This document shows positions 22,856 to 38,237 of a DNA stretch of 64,000 nt, piece by piece. The DNA is from Macrostomum lignano (Eukaryota): contig NIVC01002229.1 of the NCBI GenBank assembly GCA_002269645.1, positions 1 to 64,000 on the forward strand, given 5' to 3'. The translations under genes and the position numbers were made by a program. The notes below the pieces were generated by a model, which was not told where the DNA came from, searched no databases, and saw nothing but the letters and a program-made list of their open reading frames with translations. Every line of letters starts with the position of its first letter. Position 1 is the first letter of the stretch.

Positions 22856-24820
22856 CTTCTCTTGAAAAACTTTTCAAATTATTCTTCGGAATTCTTCTAA
22901 ATCTAGTTTTAAGAGCTCGCGCCGTTTCTCTAATCCTTATCGCTGCCACCAAGTTGTCGTAGGCGTGACTCTCCCTTCTTAATAATATCTCACTGCTGAC
23001 ACCAAGTTGTCGTAGGGGTGGGCGCTCTCACTGAAATAATCCCACCGATTTGCTACCAAGTTGTCGTAGGTCTCTTTCTTCTGTCCTCCAACTATCCCAC
23101 TATTGCCACCAGCTGTGACAGGTGTTATTCCTCTGTCTTTCTAAACTTTTATAACTATTAGTGTTTATTAAATGTCCTACAAGCTGCCACCAAAGTTGTA
23201 CAGGTGTTGTCTGCTTAACTAAAGTTATCCTGATTGTATTTCTGTTTTCACTCCCTAACTGTTTCTTAGAATCTCATATATTTTCTGGGTATCTATGTAT
23301 TAGTCTGGTAGCGTTTTATGTATTAGTCTGGTAGCGTTCTATGTATTAGTCTGGTAGCGTTCTTAGTATATGGCCTGAGCGGTCTTACTGGTATATGTAC
23401 TTTCTCTCTCCAGTCTGGGCGTTACCGAGATTAGAGGGTCACAGCGATTACTCTTAGTACTCTCTTTGCATGAATTCCCAATTCTGACTTTCAATACTTT
23501 TTAAAATGAGCAAAGATCTGAGAATGTTTATCGAACACGTTTTGAGCTTATAGCTATCGAACGAGTTATTCTTTTCTTGCCTACACTTCTCTTCCTTTTA
23601 TACTAGTTGATCGCGTGTATTTTAAACAAATTGTTACAAGTTGAAAATATTTTGAGTATTAAAACAACAAATATAAATTTCGCGCTAATTTGAAAAACGA
23701 GTTTATAAGAAACAAAAGGTACCGCTATTACAATAGTTAGCCAATTATAATAGGCCTAATCCTAATTCTACTTTGTTTGATTATATCTCTTCAAAGCTTC
23801 TTATTAGGCTGAAGTTAGGGTATAAGGCCTGATCTGTGACTAAATGACTTTTTATTTTTACATAGTCATGGCATCCTTGATGTCTTGCATTCATGATTCA
23901 TGAATTCATGATTCATGCATTGTATATTGTATACATTATTCAATGTATTGTAAGTTATACAATGTACACATGTATAAACATTTCGAATTTCGAATTTCGA
24001 ATTCGCACCTAACTGCAGCGTGAGTAAATAGTATAAAATTTGCAATCCCAACTTGGAAACATGGTCAAAGCAATTAGAAAATCATTATATATATTAATAG
24101 TATTAGAATTAGAAAAATGCCAGCACATATTTAATAGCCAAGTTTCCTTAATTTAAAAAAGTAATACTACATCGTAAAAAACGAATACTTTTTTTCTAAA
24201 GTTAACGCTAGCATCTCAAATTCTAATACTGCAAGCTGGGGCAAAGCAATGCTTTAACAATATTTTATTTTTTAAGTCTACCCTCAAGCTTCAAGGCTTT
24301 TTTACATTTGGCATTGACAATTGCCTTTCGTACTCTTAAAAAGTGCTAAGGAGTGGATTTGACATTGCATTTGCTAATATGTACTACTTCGATATGTTGC
24401 ATGTGTAGCCTGCCGGATTGGAGGCACATGTAAATGCATCAATTCTAAATATTTTGTCCTGAATAGGTCTTCAGCTAGCTGTTGCCATTCTGTTGTCCAG
24501 CAGCCTGAAGATTTTGCAGTATAGGAATCGTCATGCGGGATGACGACAGGACGACACCTCCTGGGAGACTGCGGCTGAAGCCAAAGGAAAAGAGAGGATG
24601 CGACCTTCAGATGACCTTCAGTATTGCAGCAAGGACCACTGTATTTCAGGTCCTTGTATTGCAGACCGCATACATGCTGTATGATCTGCTAGCTGGTTAC
24701 TGCACTGCACTGATATTACTTGCTATGTATATTAGATCTTCCATACCCACTGTACTACTCGGGGCTTGCTTAACCCCGCCTTTGCCTCCTGAAAACAATC
24801 TGTAACTAAATATCTGTGTG

Positions 24821-25049
24821 CAGGGGCCGCCACCGGGGGGGGCAGGGACTAAATGCGGCGCTAAAATGAGTGACTGCGACGCCAAAATGAGTGACTGCGG
24901 CGCTAAAATGAGTGACTGCGGCGCTAAAAATGAGCGCTGACAACACCGATTCTAAAATAATGTACATGTAGAAATTTAGTCATGGACACGTACATGTAGA
25001 ATTCTTGGCTTTGTCCCCCCTCACCATAAAATCCATGGCGACGCCCCTG
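24821..25049. mobile_element. hAT-type MITE with an internal 21-bp repeat
   Basis: CAGGGGCCGCCA vs TGGCGACGCCCCTG termini; flanks TCTGTGTG/TCTGTGGA (6/8). About 4 copies of CTGCGGCGCTAAAATGAGTGA. Confidence 0.65.
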
Positions 25050-25805
25050 TCTGTGGAAAAAAAAGAAATGACTGAAGGCATGAAGCAGATCAAGAGCATT
25101 AAGATTTTTAGATAATTTTACAGATCATATATACTGCAGTAGTCTCGATTTCTGAGTCAGTGGGCAAAGCTTTCGAAAATATAAAACAATGAAGTAATTG
25201 TCGGTGTCAACTTGCGACACAAAAATTCTTAAAGTCAATATTGCAGCTCCAATACCTAAAGTGGGGATAAAAATTGACGGATAACCGGGACGGCCTCGAA
25301 TTCAACTCCGAGCAGTTTGAAATGCCACGCCCGCTCGAAATGCCACTCATTATTGCTCCATTGTGCGAAATACCGCAGACTGTAGGCGTCAGGCTATTTG
25401 ATTTGAATCGCTTCTACATCTTTTGCAGCTTTTGCTAATGTGAGCCTCAATTTCATTCATTCCCAGCTGAATCGATAAGGATGCCAGGCCGTTAAGGCAC
25501 TCGCTTCACTCAATTTTCTGATCGGCTCACTTCGAGCAGCAAAACCGACTGATGGGGAAATCAAGTTACATATTCTGCTTCTCGCTTCATCGCATGCCCG
25601 TTTTTTTTCTTACGCGGCCACGCCCAGAAAGGCTCCGCCATCAAGATTGTGATCTCGGCCGGAGGCTGCGCCTTCAGTCGGTGCGAAATCCCCTTTTTGC
25701 CCATAGAATCCCGGGATCGCCCGCCCACTGATGCCAATCAATTTGGGCGCATTGGAATTTCCTTCCGCATGATCTGCTGGCGGCTGTCAGTGCGCTCAGA
25801 AGAGC

Positions 25806-26178
25806 AGTTTTTTGCCAGCTATCCCGTGGTGCAAGTGAGGGGAGCAAACAAACTGGGAGCGCAGCCGAGTTTTTTGCCAGCTATCCCGTGGTGCAAGTGA
25901 GGGGAGCAAACAAACTGGGAGCGCAGCCGAGTTTTTTGCCAGCTATCCCGTGGTGCAAGTGAGGGGAGCAAACAAACTGGGAGCGCAGCCGAGTTTTTTG
26001 CCAGCTATCCCGTGGTGCAAGTGAGGGGAGCAAACAAACTGGGAGCGCAGCCGAGTTTTTTGCCAGCTATCCCGTGGTGCAAGTGAGGGGAGCAAACAAA
26101 CTGGGAGCGCAGCCGAGTTTTTTGCCAGCTATCCCGTGGTGCAAGTGAGGGGAGCAAACAAACTGGGAGCGCAGCCGA
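25806..26178. repeat. 62-bp minisatellite, about 6 copies
   Basis: Unit GAGTTTTTTGCCAGCTATCCCGTGGTGCAAGTGAGGGGAGCAAACAAACTGGGAGCGCAGCC. Confidence 0.95.
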
Positions 26179-26934
26179 CTGCGATAAATGCAGCTTAGCA
26201 TTTTTTTATCATTTTTTCACTACGAGTTTCACTGCGCCCAGCATCCTTCATCAAACGGAAGAGTCCGATTCAACGGATTGTTTTTGGCAAATTAGCCACT
26301 AAACTCGCCTGAATTCAGCGGGTGGCTCCTATGCTTCCCATCTCTCTATTCAACTGCTCCAGCCTCGGGGCATTTATTGGGAGAAATTTGCCAACAAGAT
26401 TGATAAATTTATAAAAATATTGCTGACGGGGGGCCGAGAGGGACTTTCTCCCGACAGACCTCGCCCGAGTTGAAGTGGCGGCGGCCACGTGCGCTGCGGG
26501 ACCCCCAAGCGCCATAGAAAACGCCTCAGGGATCCGGGAGTCTGCGAGGAGCTCCATCGCATAGTCCCAAGCCCCATCCACCCCGACACGCATTCTAATG
26601 AGTGCACGGCCTCACCTGTCAATTTGAGACAATTGTCGCAATCGGTTGAGGCGGGCAATCAGTTTGAGTTTGCCAATGGCTGCTCTGCCCTGTAGAGGCA
26701 TGGCGGCGGTACTGAACTGGGGATTAATAAACTGAGTTCGCAGCAGTTTGGATACACTGTACTCAAGCAGGCCTATAGCTGGGATTGCAATTATTACATT
26801 CCAGCCCCAGTCGCCTCAGTGAGTCCGCAATGCTAAAATTATGATATTGAGATTTGGATAAATGGGGCATAGAAAAGTGTAACGTTTTGGGATTGGAAAC
26901 TCATCTCCGCCTGTCAGACTCGGGGACTGGATTT

Positions 26935-27640
26935 GAAGTGCGCCAAATAAGTGTCTGGCGCGAAATGGATGTATGGCGCCAAGTGGGTGTCTGGCGCCAA
27001 GTGGGTGTCTGGCGCGAAATGGATGTATGGCGCCAAGTGGGTGTCTGGGCGCCAAATGGATGTATGGCGCCAAGTAGGTGTCTGGCGCGAAATGGATGTA
27101 TGGCGCCAAGTGGGTGTCTGGGCGCCAAATGGATGTATGGCGCCAAGTAGGTGTCTGGCGCGAAATGGATGTATGGCGCCAAGTGGGTGTCTGGGCGTCA
27201 AATGGGTATCTGGGCGCCAAGTGGGTGTCTGGCGCCAAGTGGATGTCTGGGCGCCAAGTGGATGTCTGGGCGGCAAGTGGGTGTCTGACCCCAAGTAGGT
27301 GTCTGACCCCAAGTAGGTTTCTGACCCCAAGTAGGTGTCTGACCCCAAGTAGGTGTCTGACCCCAAGTAGGTTTCTGACCCCAAGTAGGTGTCTGACCCC
27401 AAGTAGGTTTCTGACCCCAAGTAGGTGTCTGACCCCAAGTAGGTTTCTGACCCCAAGTAGGTTTCTGACCCCAAATGAGTGTCTGGGCGCCAAATGAGTG
27501 TCTGGGCGCCAAGTGAGTGTCTGGGCGCAAAGTGAGTGTCTGGGCGCCAAATGAGTGTCTGGGCGCCAAGTGAGTGTCTGGGCGCCAAGTGAGTGTCTGG
27601 GCGCCAAATGAGTGTGTTGGCGCCAAGTAGGTGTCTGTTG
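26935..27640. repeat. Compound 18-20-bp satellite
   Basis: Blocks of GGCGCCAAGTGGGTGTCT, GGCGCGAAATGGATGTAT, GACCCCAAGTAGGTGTCT and GGGCGCCAAGTGAGTGTCT. Confidence 0.88.
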
Positions 27641-28428
27641 GTGATTTAAAAACCAGCCAAAAGGTGCTACCGAGCCGTTCCTGACTTCAACTTCAAGAAT
27701 TTTCAAGTTTTACAATTTTGAACTGCTTTACTCCAAATAATCTCGAGCATAATAATGGAACTGTAGCAAAAAGGTTATAAGGGCCGTCAGAATCTCTCGT
27801 GTTTGAGTTCGAGCCTCCCCCAGCAATTAAATGTTTTCTCCATTAAGAAGCCCGTCGTGCCGAGCTCGTTAATGGCAGTTAAATCTGTTACAAGAAGCCC
27901 GCCACCCCGCTTCAACAGATTTTTCAACTCCGAGCTCGAACAATATCGAAAGCAACAGAGCCGTGGAGGGTGCAACAGCTCAGAGTCATAGAGCTCGCGG
28001 TGATGGAGGGCGGGGCTGGCAGCTGAGAAAATTGCCGCCTTCAGCTCACAGGTTACGCAACCGGAGTCGGCGACCCCCCCCCCCGCCTGTCAAGCATGCC
28101 TATCCCAGCCTCAAATTATTATCTGCTTTTGAGTTCTCGAGAATTTTGAGCTCACTCGATTGTAGCCTCACACTTTCTCCGCCTTCTGCTTTTCTATTTA
28201 AAAAAATGTTCACTCCACCACATAACTGCATTCTCGAAGTCTCCCCTGTCCCCTGGGAGCCGGGAAACCCCATCAGCTCGGTTGTCAACGCTTCAACAAA
28301 AGCAGACTGCTTTCCTAGAAAGCAAATCGAGGGCTCGAGTCGGCGAAATCTGGGAGCAGGAGTGCCCGATTGTCGCTGACCGCCGGGGCGTGACGGGGCG
28401 GAGGGGCTCGCGTGCGGGGTCTGCCTGG

Positions 28429-29226
<798 letters not shown>

Positions 29227-30119
29227 GCCCTCAGCCGACCCGTCGCCAGCAGATGTCTCCCAGCGCCATGCCGGCATCAGCGGCCGCCGATTGAATTCGG
29301 AAATCGAGTCAGCCGCCGCTTCGAGTTTGGTGCCGCGATTTTTCTGGCTGGCCTTCAGCAGCGGCAGTCGGAATTCCCCAAGGCCAGGCCGGCTGCGCCC
29401 TGCAGATAGACAATTTCATCAGAAACTCATCTGCCCGTGGCCGCGCCCGGCCCCGCTGCAGCTCGCTGGCAAATTTCTTGGTCGAACAGTTTCGCTAAAC
29501 ACCGCCCCCCCCCGCCCCCAGTTCAATTTGGCGCCAGCCCCGGCTCAGCCGGGTCCAAAATCCCCTGGCTCTCGCCTTTAATCTTAATTGTGTCCCAGCC
29601 CATCACCACCTGAGTCTGGGGAGATCTTCCCATTCTCCAACCTGCCCCAGCTCCCAAATCCGCCTTAGTAGATGAGTTCGAGCTCAGGTCTCATCCTCTC
29701 TGCAGCCCCTCGCTGTGCCAGCCTCCCTGCTTCATCCCGTGGCTGCACGTGAATTAATTTGATCTTATTGATGATCTCTGATTCGCTGCTCGCTCCCGTA
29801 ATCTGCCATTAAATGGACAGTAATAAAGTTTTCCTTCTAATCCGCTCGGAGCTCCGGCCAAATCCCAGCGACCCGAGGCCTTTTCTACCTGAGAGGGGAT
29901 TTGCAAATGTCATCATCCAATCTGCCCACCCTGAGCCCCGCCCGCCCCGGGATTTCAATCCCCCCCGCTGCTGAGTCACGGCAGCGGCCTCGGGTCCGCG
30001 GTGGCGGTGAATGTTCGCGGCTGCGGTGCTCCAGCGGCTCAGCGGCTCGGATCGATGGACTCGGACAGCACCTGGGATTTGAGAATGTTGGGGTTGCCTG
30101 AGGAGGACGCGGATACAGG

Positions 30120-30242
30120 CCTCTGTCAGCCTCTGCTCTCCTCTATCTGCCTCTGTCCGCCTCTGTCCGCTTCTGTCCACTTTTGTCCGCTTCTGTCCGC
30201 TTCTGTCCGCCTCTGTCCGCTTCTGTCTGCCTCTGTCCGTGT
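30120..30242. repeat. 10-bp repeat (CTCTGTCCGC/TTCTGTCCGC)
   Basis: Direct inspection. Confidence 0.8.
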
Positions 30243-30267
30243 CTGGCTTCCTCTGCTTGTCAACACT

Positions 30268-31204
30268 GTAGCTTCACAGGCAGTGGAGTAGCTTGATAGC
30301 CAGTGGAGTAGCTTAATAGGCAGTGAGTGGAGTAGCTTCACAGGCAGTGGAGTAGCTTCACAGGCAGTGGAGTAGCTTAATAGGCAGTGGAGTAGCTTCA
30401 CAGGCAGTGGAGTAGCTTAATAGGCAGTGGAGTAGCTTAATAGGCAGTGGAGTAGCTTCACAGGCAGTGGAGTAGCTTAATAGGCAGTGGAGTAGCTTAA
30501 TAGGCAGTGGAGTAGCTTCACAGGCAGTGGAGTAGCTTAATAGGCAGTGAGTGGAGTAGCTTCACAGGCAGTGGAGTAGCTTCACAGGCAGTGGAGTAGC
30601 TTCATAGGCAGTGGAGTAGCTTCACAGGCAGTGGAGTAGCTTAATAGGCAGTGGAGTAGCTTAATAGGCAGTGGAGTAGCTTCACAGGCAGTGGAGTAGC
30701 TTAATAGGCAGTGGAGTAGCTTCACAGGCAGTGGAGTAGCTTAATAGGCAGTGGAGTAGCTTCACAGGCAGTGGAGTAGCTTCACAGGCAGTGGAGTAGC
30801 TTCACAGGCAGTGGAGTAGCTTCACAGGCAGTGGAGTAGCTTCACAGGCAGTGGAGTAGCTTCACAGGCAGTGGAGTAGCTTCACAGGCAGTGGAGTAGC
30901 TTCACAGGCAGTGGAGTAGCTTCACAGGCAGTGGAGTAGCTTCACAGCCAGTGGAGTAGCTTCACAGGCAGTGGAGTAGCTTCACAGGCAGTGGAGTAGC
31001 TTCACAGGCAGTGGAGTAGCTTCACAGGCAGTGGAGTAGCTTCACAGGCAGTGGAGTAGCTTCACAGCCAGTGGAGTAGCTTCACAGCCAGTGGAGTAGC
31101 TTCACAGGCAGTGGAGTAGCTTCACAGGCAGTGGAGTAGCTTCACAGGCAGTGGAGTAGCTTCACAGGCAGTGGAGTAGCTTCACAGGCAGTGGAGTAGC
31201 TTCA
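30268..31204. repeat. 20-bp minisatellite, about 45 copies, two main variants
   Basis: GCAGTGGAGTAGCTTCACAG and GCAGTGGAGTAGCTTAATAG. Confidence 0.95.
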
Positions 31205-32210
31205 TCATAGGAAAGTGGAGCAGTTAAGTCAAAGACAAAAATGCTTGAATTTCTTTTAAAACAGGAGTGCAGAGTTAGGAGCGGCTCAACGTCTACTTGC
31301 CAGTGGTGGCGCAGCCTCCTCCAGAGCCTCATCCTGCTGCCCGGTGCTCTGTGGGGCGTCAAGAAATCACATTCGCGCATGAGCCGCCTGCACGGGCAGC
31401 CCGCAATTCGCGCCCTGGTTTCAAATCCGATCGGCGCCGGCGTCCCCTCCCAATTTTGGCCGGGCGGTGCGGCAGGAATGCAATTACAGGCCCGGTTCAC
31501 CGCCTCATCAGATTAACGGGCCGCCGCCTGGCCGAGATTGGACTCCGACCGGTCCCCTAACGCGACTACGCGGTGATTTGTTTAGGAAGCCGGGCAGGAA
31601 ATCTGCGGCTAATCGCGATTTGCCAGCCCCGCCCAGCCGCTTGATTTGCTCAAATTTGCTCATCGGCCCCCACCTCGGATTGGCTGATTGGCCGGCCCGC
31701 CCGGCCCGGCCGCCAATTTAATCAGGAGGCGCGGCAGGGGAGGCGGCCGACCAAAAACTCGACGCCTCGAGCTGCCCCAACAGCAGATCCTCCCGGCACT
31801 CTCCGATCTCTGACTTGAAATCCGGTGAGTTGAAGATCGCCTGTCTGCGCCTGTCTGCGCCTGTCTGCGCCTGTGTGCTCCGAGGGATTTGGCATCGGGG
31901 AGTCAGCAAGTCAAGGCACCCCCAGCTTCATCCAGGCCCGCGACCGCCGACTTTCCAGCTTCTTCTTTCCAGGTGTAAGATTTCCTCCGCCGGACAGGTG
32001 GGTGGACAGCGCGGATTGACAGGCCTTGGCTGATGCCTCCGAATTCGATTCGGAAATGCAAACAGCTTTGGAGTCCCCAGTGCTGGCAGCAGAAATCGGG
32101 TTTCTCCACTATCGAATTTCAGCGGCTGATGGGGATTTTGTGTCTATTTTTGCTGCTTTTTACATCCTGTGTTTTGTGCGTGATTTCACGGCTCCCGCAG
32201 GCCTGCCGAC

Positions 32211-32394
32211 ATGTTCTACTTTCACTACCCAGCTCTGTCCCCGGCCGCCCAGCCCGCTGCCGCCCCGCCGCAGTCCGCAGCCGCCGCTGCTGCCGCCGCC
32301 GCCGCCGCCGCGGCACACGCGGCCGCCTTCCCTCCTCCAGTGAGCGCGGCGACGCCCAGGTATCCTAGCAACGGCCTGACAACCGACTATCCAT
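32211..32394 (+). CDS. DRGX: DRGX/Prrxl1 homeobox gene, exon 1
   Basis: Starts MFYFH, as I recall vertebrate DRGX does. Donor CCAT|GTAAGC gives phase 1, matching the acceptor at 34035. Confidence 0.7.
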
Positions 32395-33991
32395 GTAAGC
32401 AGGGACTCACCAATCTTTTGCCTCATTGCCTCATTAATCCCCCCAATGACTACAGTAATTAGACTTTACACTGCCCATGTCTTCCTGACTAACCATATCC
32501 TGCAGCATCCCCGGGCCTCATCATTCAGTTGGTTCTCTGAGCTCACATAGCTATGGCAGAGAGAGGCTGAGCACTTCAAAAGTTAAGCAAATTAATTTTA
32601 ATGCCCAATTTCGCCTCAAAATTCTTTACCGAGGTAGGAAAAATGAAAAATACTTCTGCTGATGCTTCTGAGTTCTGAGTTGTTTGAGGCGGTCCGGTGG
32701 AGAGGCAGCTCATGAAGGAAATAAAACTTCATAAAACTCGGATGTAAACTGGACAGGAGCAGGCGCTATGGTTTCTCGCTGTCTCTCTTAGAGAATGGCA
32801 TGCTGAAAGCAGGAGAGCATTAATTTTGATTTCAAGCAATCTAACCTAAGGTAGCTCGTATTGTAGCAGTTAGCAGCACCCTGGCCCTATAGACAGAATT
32901 AGATTGTCTGTGGCAAAACCTCATTAGATGCAAGGCCGCACTGAGTATGTACTTTGGCTATTCTTAGTCACAGTGTAAATAAAAATCTGATTAAATGTGA
33001 TACGACAAAGACTTCCTTCTACTTCAGAATTTCATGGTTCTGACAGTTAAAATCCTATTAGAAAACTAGAAATCCTTAGAAATCGAGTCAACACTCAGAA
33101 GTTTCTGGCGGGTTGCATCTTCAGCGCTCTGTAGTGGTCTTCTCTCATTCCAGTCCAAGTGTTTTTACGTAGATGTCCATGGATTCGGCCATTTGTTGTC
33201 TTGGGTTCAGACCATAGAACCAATGATAAGTTCGGGCTTCAAGATGCGCCATTCAAAGCCAGCCGATGGTCAGTGCAAATTTGAGGGCCACGGCTAACTG
33301 CCCAAAGTTCGGAGTTCGGGGCTTCGGCCGTGTCCGATCGATGCGCCCCCCCCCGCCAGTCTCTCCTGGCCGAACCGCTGAAGGGGAACGGCGGGCAGCC
33401 AGCTGACAGGCCTGGGGGACCGGGGCCGCTGCAAAAGGTTATTCTGCGGCGCGGTCCCGTGGGACTTTAATTGGGTAATAGAATTTGCCCCCCCCCTAAC
33501 TCGCGTGTTGGCCGGCGCGAATTGGATTTAAATTGTCGCTCGCTGACATTTGAACGCCGGCCCCGGGGGCTCCTGGCAGGCCCCTCAGCCCCCGCTGCAG
33601 CCGCTGCGGCCCCCGCGGCCCCCCGTAATTGAGTTAAGTGCAGATTATGCGATTAAGTACGGAGCCGCCATCCAATTCAATTACTGGCCGAGATAATTAC
33701 TTAAGTGAAGGAGGCGCCGCCGCCCCTCCAACAGTTCTTGCCTAGGGATAACAGGGCTGGGGATTCCCGGCTTTGACAGAAATTGCCCAGCTGCTCCTGG
33801 GAGATGGGGCCTCGCCGCCTTCTCTCCGTCCTATTCGTCCCTTCGAACTGTCCTCAGAACCCTATTCCCCATCGTGTGCCCAGAATCCCATTCCCCATCA
33901 TGTGTAATCCCCCGGCCTAGCGCCAGCTTCTTCTCCGCCGACTGCCTTCACGCCGCTCCCCGCCTTTTGCCGGGCCTTTGATGGCCTTTGA

Positions 33992-34822
<831 letters not shown>

Positions 34823-35013
34823 TGAAAGCCCGGGGCTGAAGCGGGGGGCAGGGAAAATTGAGTTGTCGCTCAGCTGATTATCCCATTGGCGCGGCTAATT
34901 CGGTTAGGCAATCAGGGCCGGGCCGTCAGCCCCGGCCCTCGGCTTCAGTTCGGCTCGCCCGAGCAGTTTTTCCTGCAGCTCAGGCCTGATCCGTCATCCC
35001 TTCCTGTATGCAG

Positions 35014-35624
35014 TGTCTTCAGTGCGGCCGCAGCAGCAGCAGCAGCAGCCGGAACAGCTGACGCCAACGCCAAGGACCTCGCCACCAACCAGTAGTCCCT
35101 CCGAGCCATCAGCCGCGGCCACGGTGACAGGACGGTCTGGTGGCGGCCGGCCACATCTCAGCAACTTCTCGGCCGAGTCGCTGCTCAGTCCCAGCCAGCC
35201 CAGGCCGCAGCCGATGGCGGCGCACCAGCTGATGTCGCTGGCGATGCAGCAGCAGCAGCAGCCGCAGCTGCCGCAGCCTCCCCACGCCGCGTCTCTGTTC
35301 GGCTTCGGCCAGACGGCGCAGCAGCAGCAGCAGCTGCTCCGCATGGCCGGCCTGTGCGGCTGCTGCCCCGGACTGCCTCACACGGCCGCCCAGCACCCGC
35401 AGCTCTACGCCCAGCTGCTCCGCTCCGTCTACTCGGGCCCGGCCGCCATGGCGGCTGCCGCTGCCGCCGCTGCCGCTGCCGCAGCCACCGCTCCAACCGC
35501 GACGACAAGTGCGGCCGAAGCTGCTGCGACTTCGCCGACCCCAGCTGGCGCTTTGGATGGCGGCATTGGCGACAGGTGGGAGCTGCAGCGGCTGATCCAG
35601 CAGCACCAGCTGCAGCAGCCGTAG
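35014..35624 (+). CDS. DRGX: DRGX terminal exon (Q/A-rich, eh1-like NFSAESLL)
   Basis: Acceptor TCATCCCTTCCTGTATGCAG; 203-codon GC-rich ORF ending in TAG. Confidence 0.65.
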
Positions 35625-38237
35625 CTGTCTGGCAGTCAGCTGTACCGCAGCCTAGCAGACTCTCAACTTGAGTGTCCGACAGAAACTGAGCATCCACAAC
35701 CCGCGCTGCGCACCTGCGCACACAGCACGCACTGTATAGACAGCCAGGCCCATCCCACCTATGCGCAATTCACCTGTAAGCCCGCTGCACCCGTGAACTG
35801 GCATGCTAGCGGGGCCTCGACCCCTGAGTCTGTACACTCCACTCTATTCAATCAGCTTTTCCTGTGAAATAAAAGCAGAAGCAATACTAATTGCTGCACC
35901 AAGAGGCCCGAGTTATTCGGTGTGAAGTGGCCGCCTTGAGCACTCAAGAGTTGAGAAAGCTCAGCAGGGCTGCAACCGATGGCCTCATTGCTAAAAACAC
36001 AAAAACTGCTTCCGTGACCGGCCGCCCCTGAGAGGCGAGCAGCTTTATTGAATGGAATGAATTGTTTCTCATTAGCTTCATCTCATTCCCAGCTTCCCCT
36101 CAGCGCTGAGTGGAGCAGCGGGGAACCCAAAACAAAGCCTGGCGAGTCTGAGCTCAATCGCTAATGAAGGGCTGCTGTTTAACACGCATTAATGACGAGG
36201 CGTCACTCACCGTGGCTCGGGAATAAACAGTGATTAGCGGGCAAATAGTTTTGAGTAGAAAATCACTTTTCCCCAATCAAGCCGGGGATTTCCGGGCCCC
36301 GCGGCTTTCACTGCGCGGCCAATTAACGAACGGACCGGCGCGGAGAAACCCTCGACTGAGCCGCGGGGTCGCGGGGCCGCCCACCTCAACAATTAATTGG
36401 GAGCAGGGTCCCCCTGATTCCCGAGCTTGCTCGAGCTCGTCTCGGTTGAGTTGCCACCACAGTTTCCCATTGTGAGACGGTGAACGGGGGCGCCAATCAC
36501 CCCCTGGCACGTGAAGAGGCGGATCCCAATTGAGAGCAAAAACTGCCCATTGTTTAATTTTTTTGCCAACTGAATTTTAGGCCACCTTGAGCACTTCGGT
36601 AGTTGCTCGATAGGATTACTTCTCCCAGACCCTGCGACTTAGGCGACTTAACAGGCATAGGGGAAGTTTTTCTCTCTTGCTTCTCGATCCCCTTAGTCCT
36701 TGCGAGGCGTCCTTGGCAACGCGAGGCGCAATGGGGCCGAGATGAGGCGGACGGGAGTGGATGAGGCAGGGGCTGCCAGCCTCCCAAGGCATCGAATGAT
36801 CCGGCGATGTGAAAATGAAATTAGGCCGCTAATATAATTTATTGATTTATTTATTCATTTACTTCGCCTCCTCCGCGCGGCTTAGCGGGCGGGGGCGGGG
36901 GCTGGCGGTCCGAGCGGAGATGGGCAGCGGGGGTGACGGTAATTCGAAGCGACTTACACGCGGCGCATAAGCCGACAATAATGCGTAATTAACTCTATGA
37001 AAAATTCATTGCGGTGACTGACTTAAGTCGGCGTGTGCAGCAGCAGCTAGCAGCAGCGGGGACTTCGCTGCAGTCCGCGTCCCCCGAGTCGCACAGCAGG
37101 AGTTGCTGCCGGAGGGGGCCGCTGCAGCTCGGTATTAGGCCCCAGCTTCATCAGCTTAAGGCTCGGCCATGTTAACTGGGAACTTTTTAGCGATGAAGAG
37201 GCACAGTATAGCTGAGTCCGACTCGGGCTATTGAGCTTTAAAACGCAATTTAAACAGGTTTGTTTGGTACGGGGAGACCTCGAATTAACCGTGTGAATAA
37301 TTGATTCTATTTTTTACATGTATCTTTAAAACAATAAATACTGTTTTAATACATGAAATAAATGTTTTATACATGTAAACTGTAGACTGTAAACAGTACA
37401 TGTATAAACTGTACTAAATTGTTGCGGCTTTTTACAGTCGTACAATAATACCGTTAGTGTAAGCAAACAATGAACTGTCTATTGTCTATGGATTGTCAAT
37501 GGACATTTGGGGCTCGCCTTAGTACGACTTTCGACGCTTGTAAGAGCCGATCGCTAGTGAGCTCAACTTCTCTCACTGCTGACAATTGCGGCCGGGCCGC
37601 TGCAGTAAAAAATATACCTTTTGTCAAACCTAATCAGTTGTTGACGTCGCGTTATTCAAAGCCTATTGAATGTAAACTAAATGTTTTTGTCTTAAACTTA
37701 AACTTTGTCCAAAAAGCCTGCGTGCTGGCCCCACAAACTTTCTAAAGAAGTTCATGCACCCATGCCTACTCGCAAGTAGTAAAGTTAAAGCAATATAAAT
37801 ATCAAATGTACATGTAAAAGCGTGGCTTCATGTAAAAGAATCTAGTCGCAACCGCGAGTGGCGACACAAACGAAAACTTACATGTGTATATAAGCTGTCG
37901 GCCTTAACTCACTCAACAACTCACTCTGCCAGGTGGAGGGGGCATTGCAGTGTACACATCATCGATCACCCTGCAGGCTAGATACATACATGTATCTAAG
38001 GGTCAATTTTATGCAAAAAATATTTCAATCGACTAACACAAAAAATGACAACCATAAATATACGTGCGTAAATAAATATACGAGTATAAGAGTAAATAAC
38101 CACAGTATAAAACTGTTTTACGTGTGGTCCTTGCATGTGTTGTGTGCTAGTGTGCGCTTGCACTGTTGAGCGATCTACTCAGCCCTCAGTGCGGGTGCAC
38201 TCGTCATTGCACCTTCCTCACATGCGTGTACCCCCCG

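Larger units (their letters stand above)
18553..23732 (-). mobile_element. Young non-autonomous Ty3/gypsy-like LTR retroelement
   Basis: 778-bp LTRs (18553-19330, 22955-23732) appear identical, with TG...CA ends. 4-bp TSD ATAG. On the minus strand, PBS TGGTGGCAGCG (tRNA-Leu type) lies 3 nt inside the 5' LTR and PPT AAGAGGAGGAAGGT precedes the 3' LTR. No RT/RH/IN core motifs. Confidence 0.93.

Noticed and set aside
26816-27706. ORFs over the compound satellite
   Set aside because: Repeat-derived with no domain signal.
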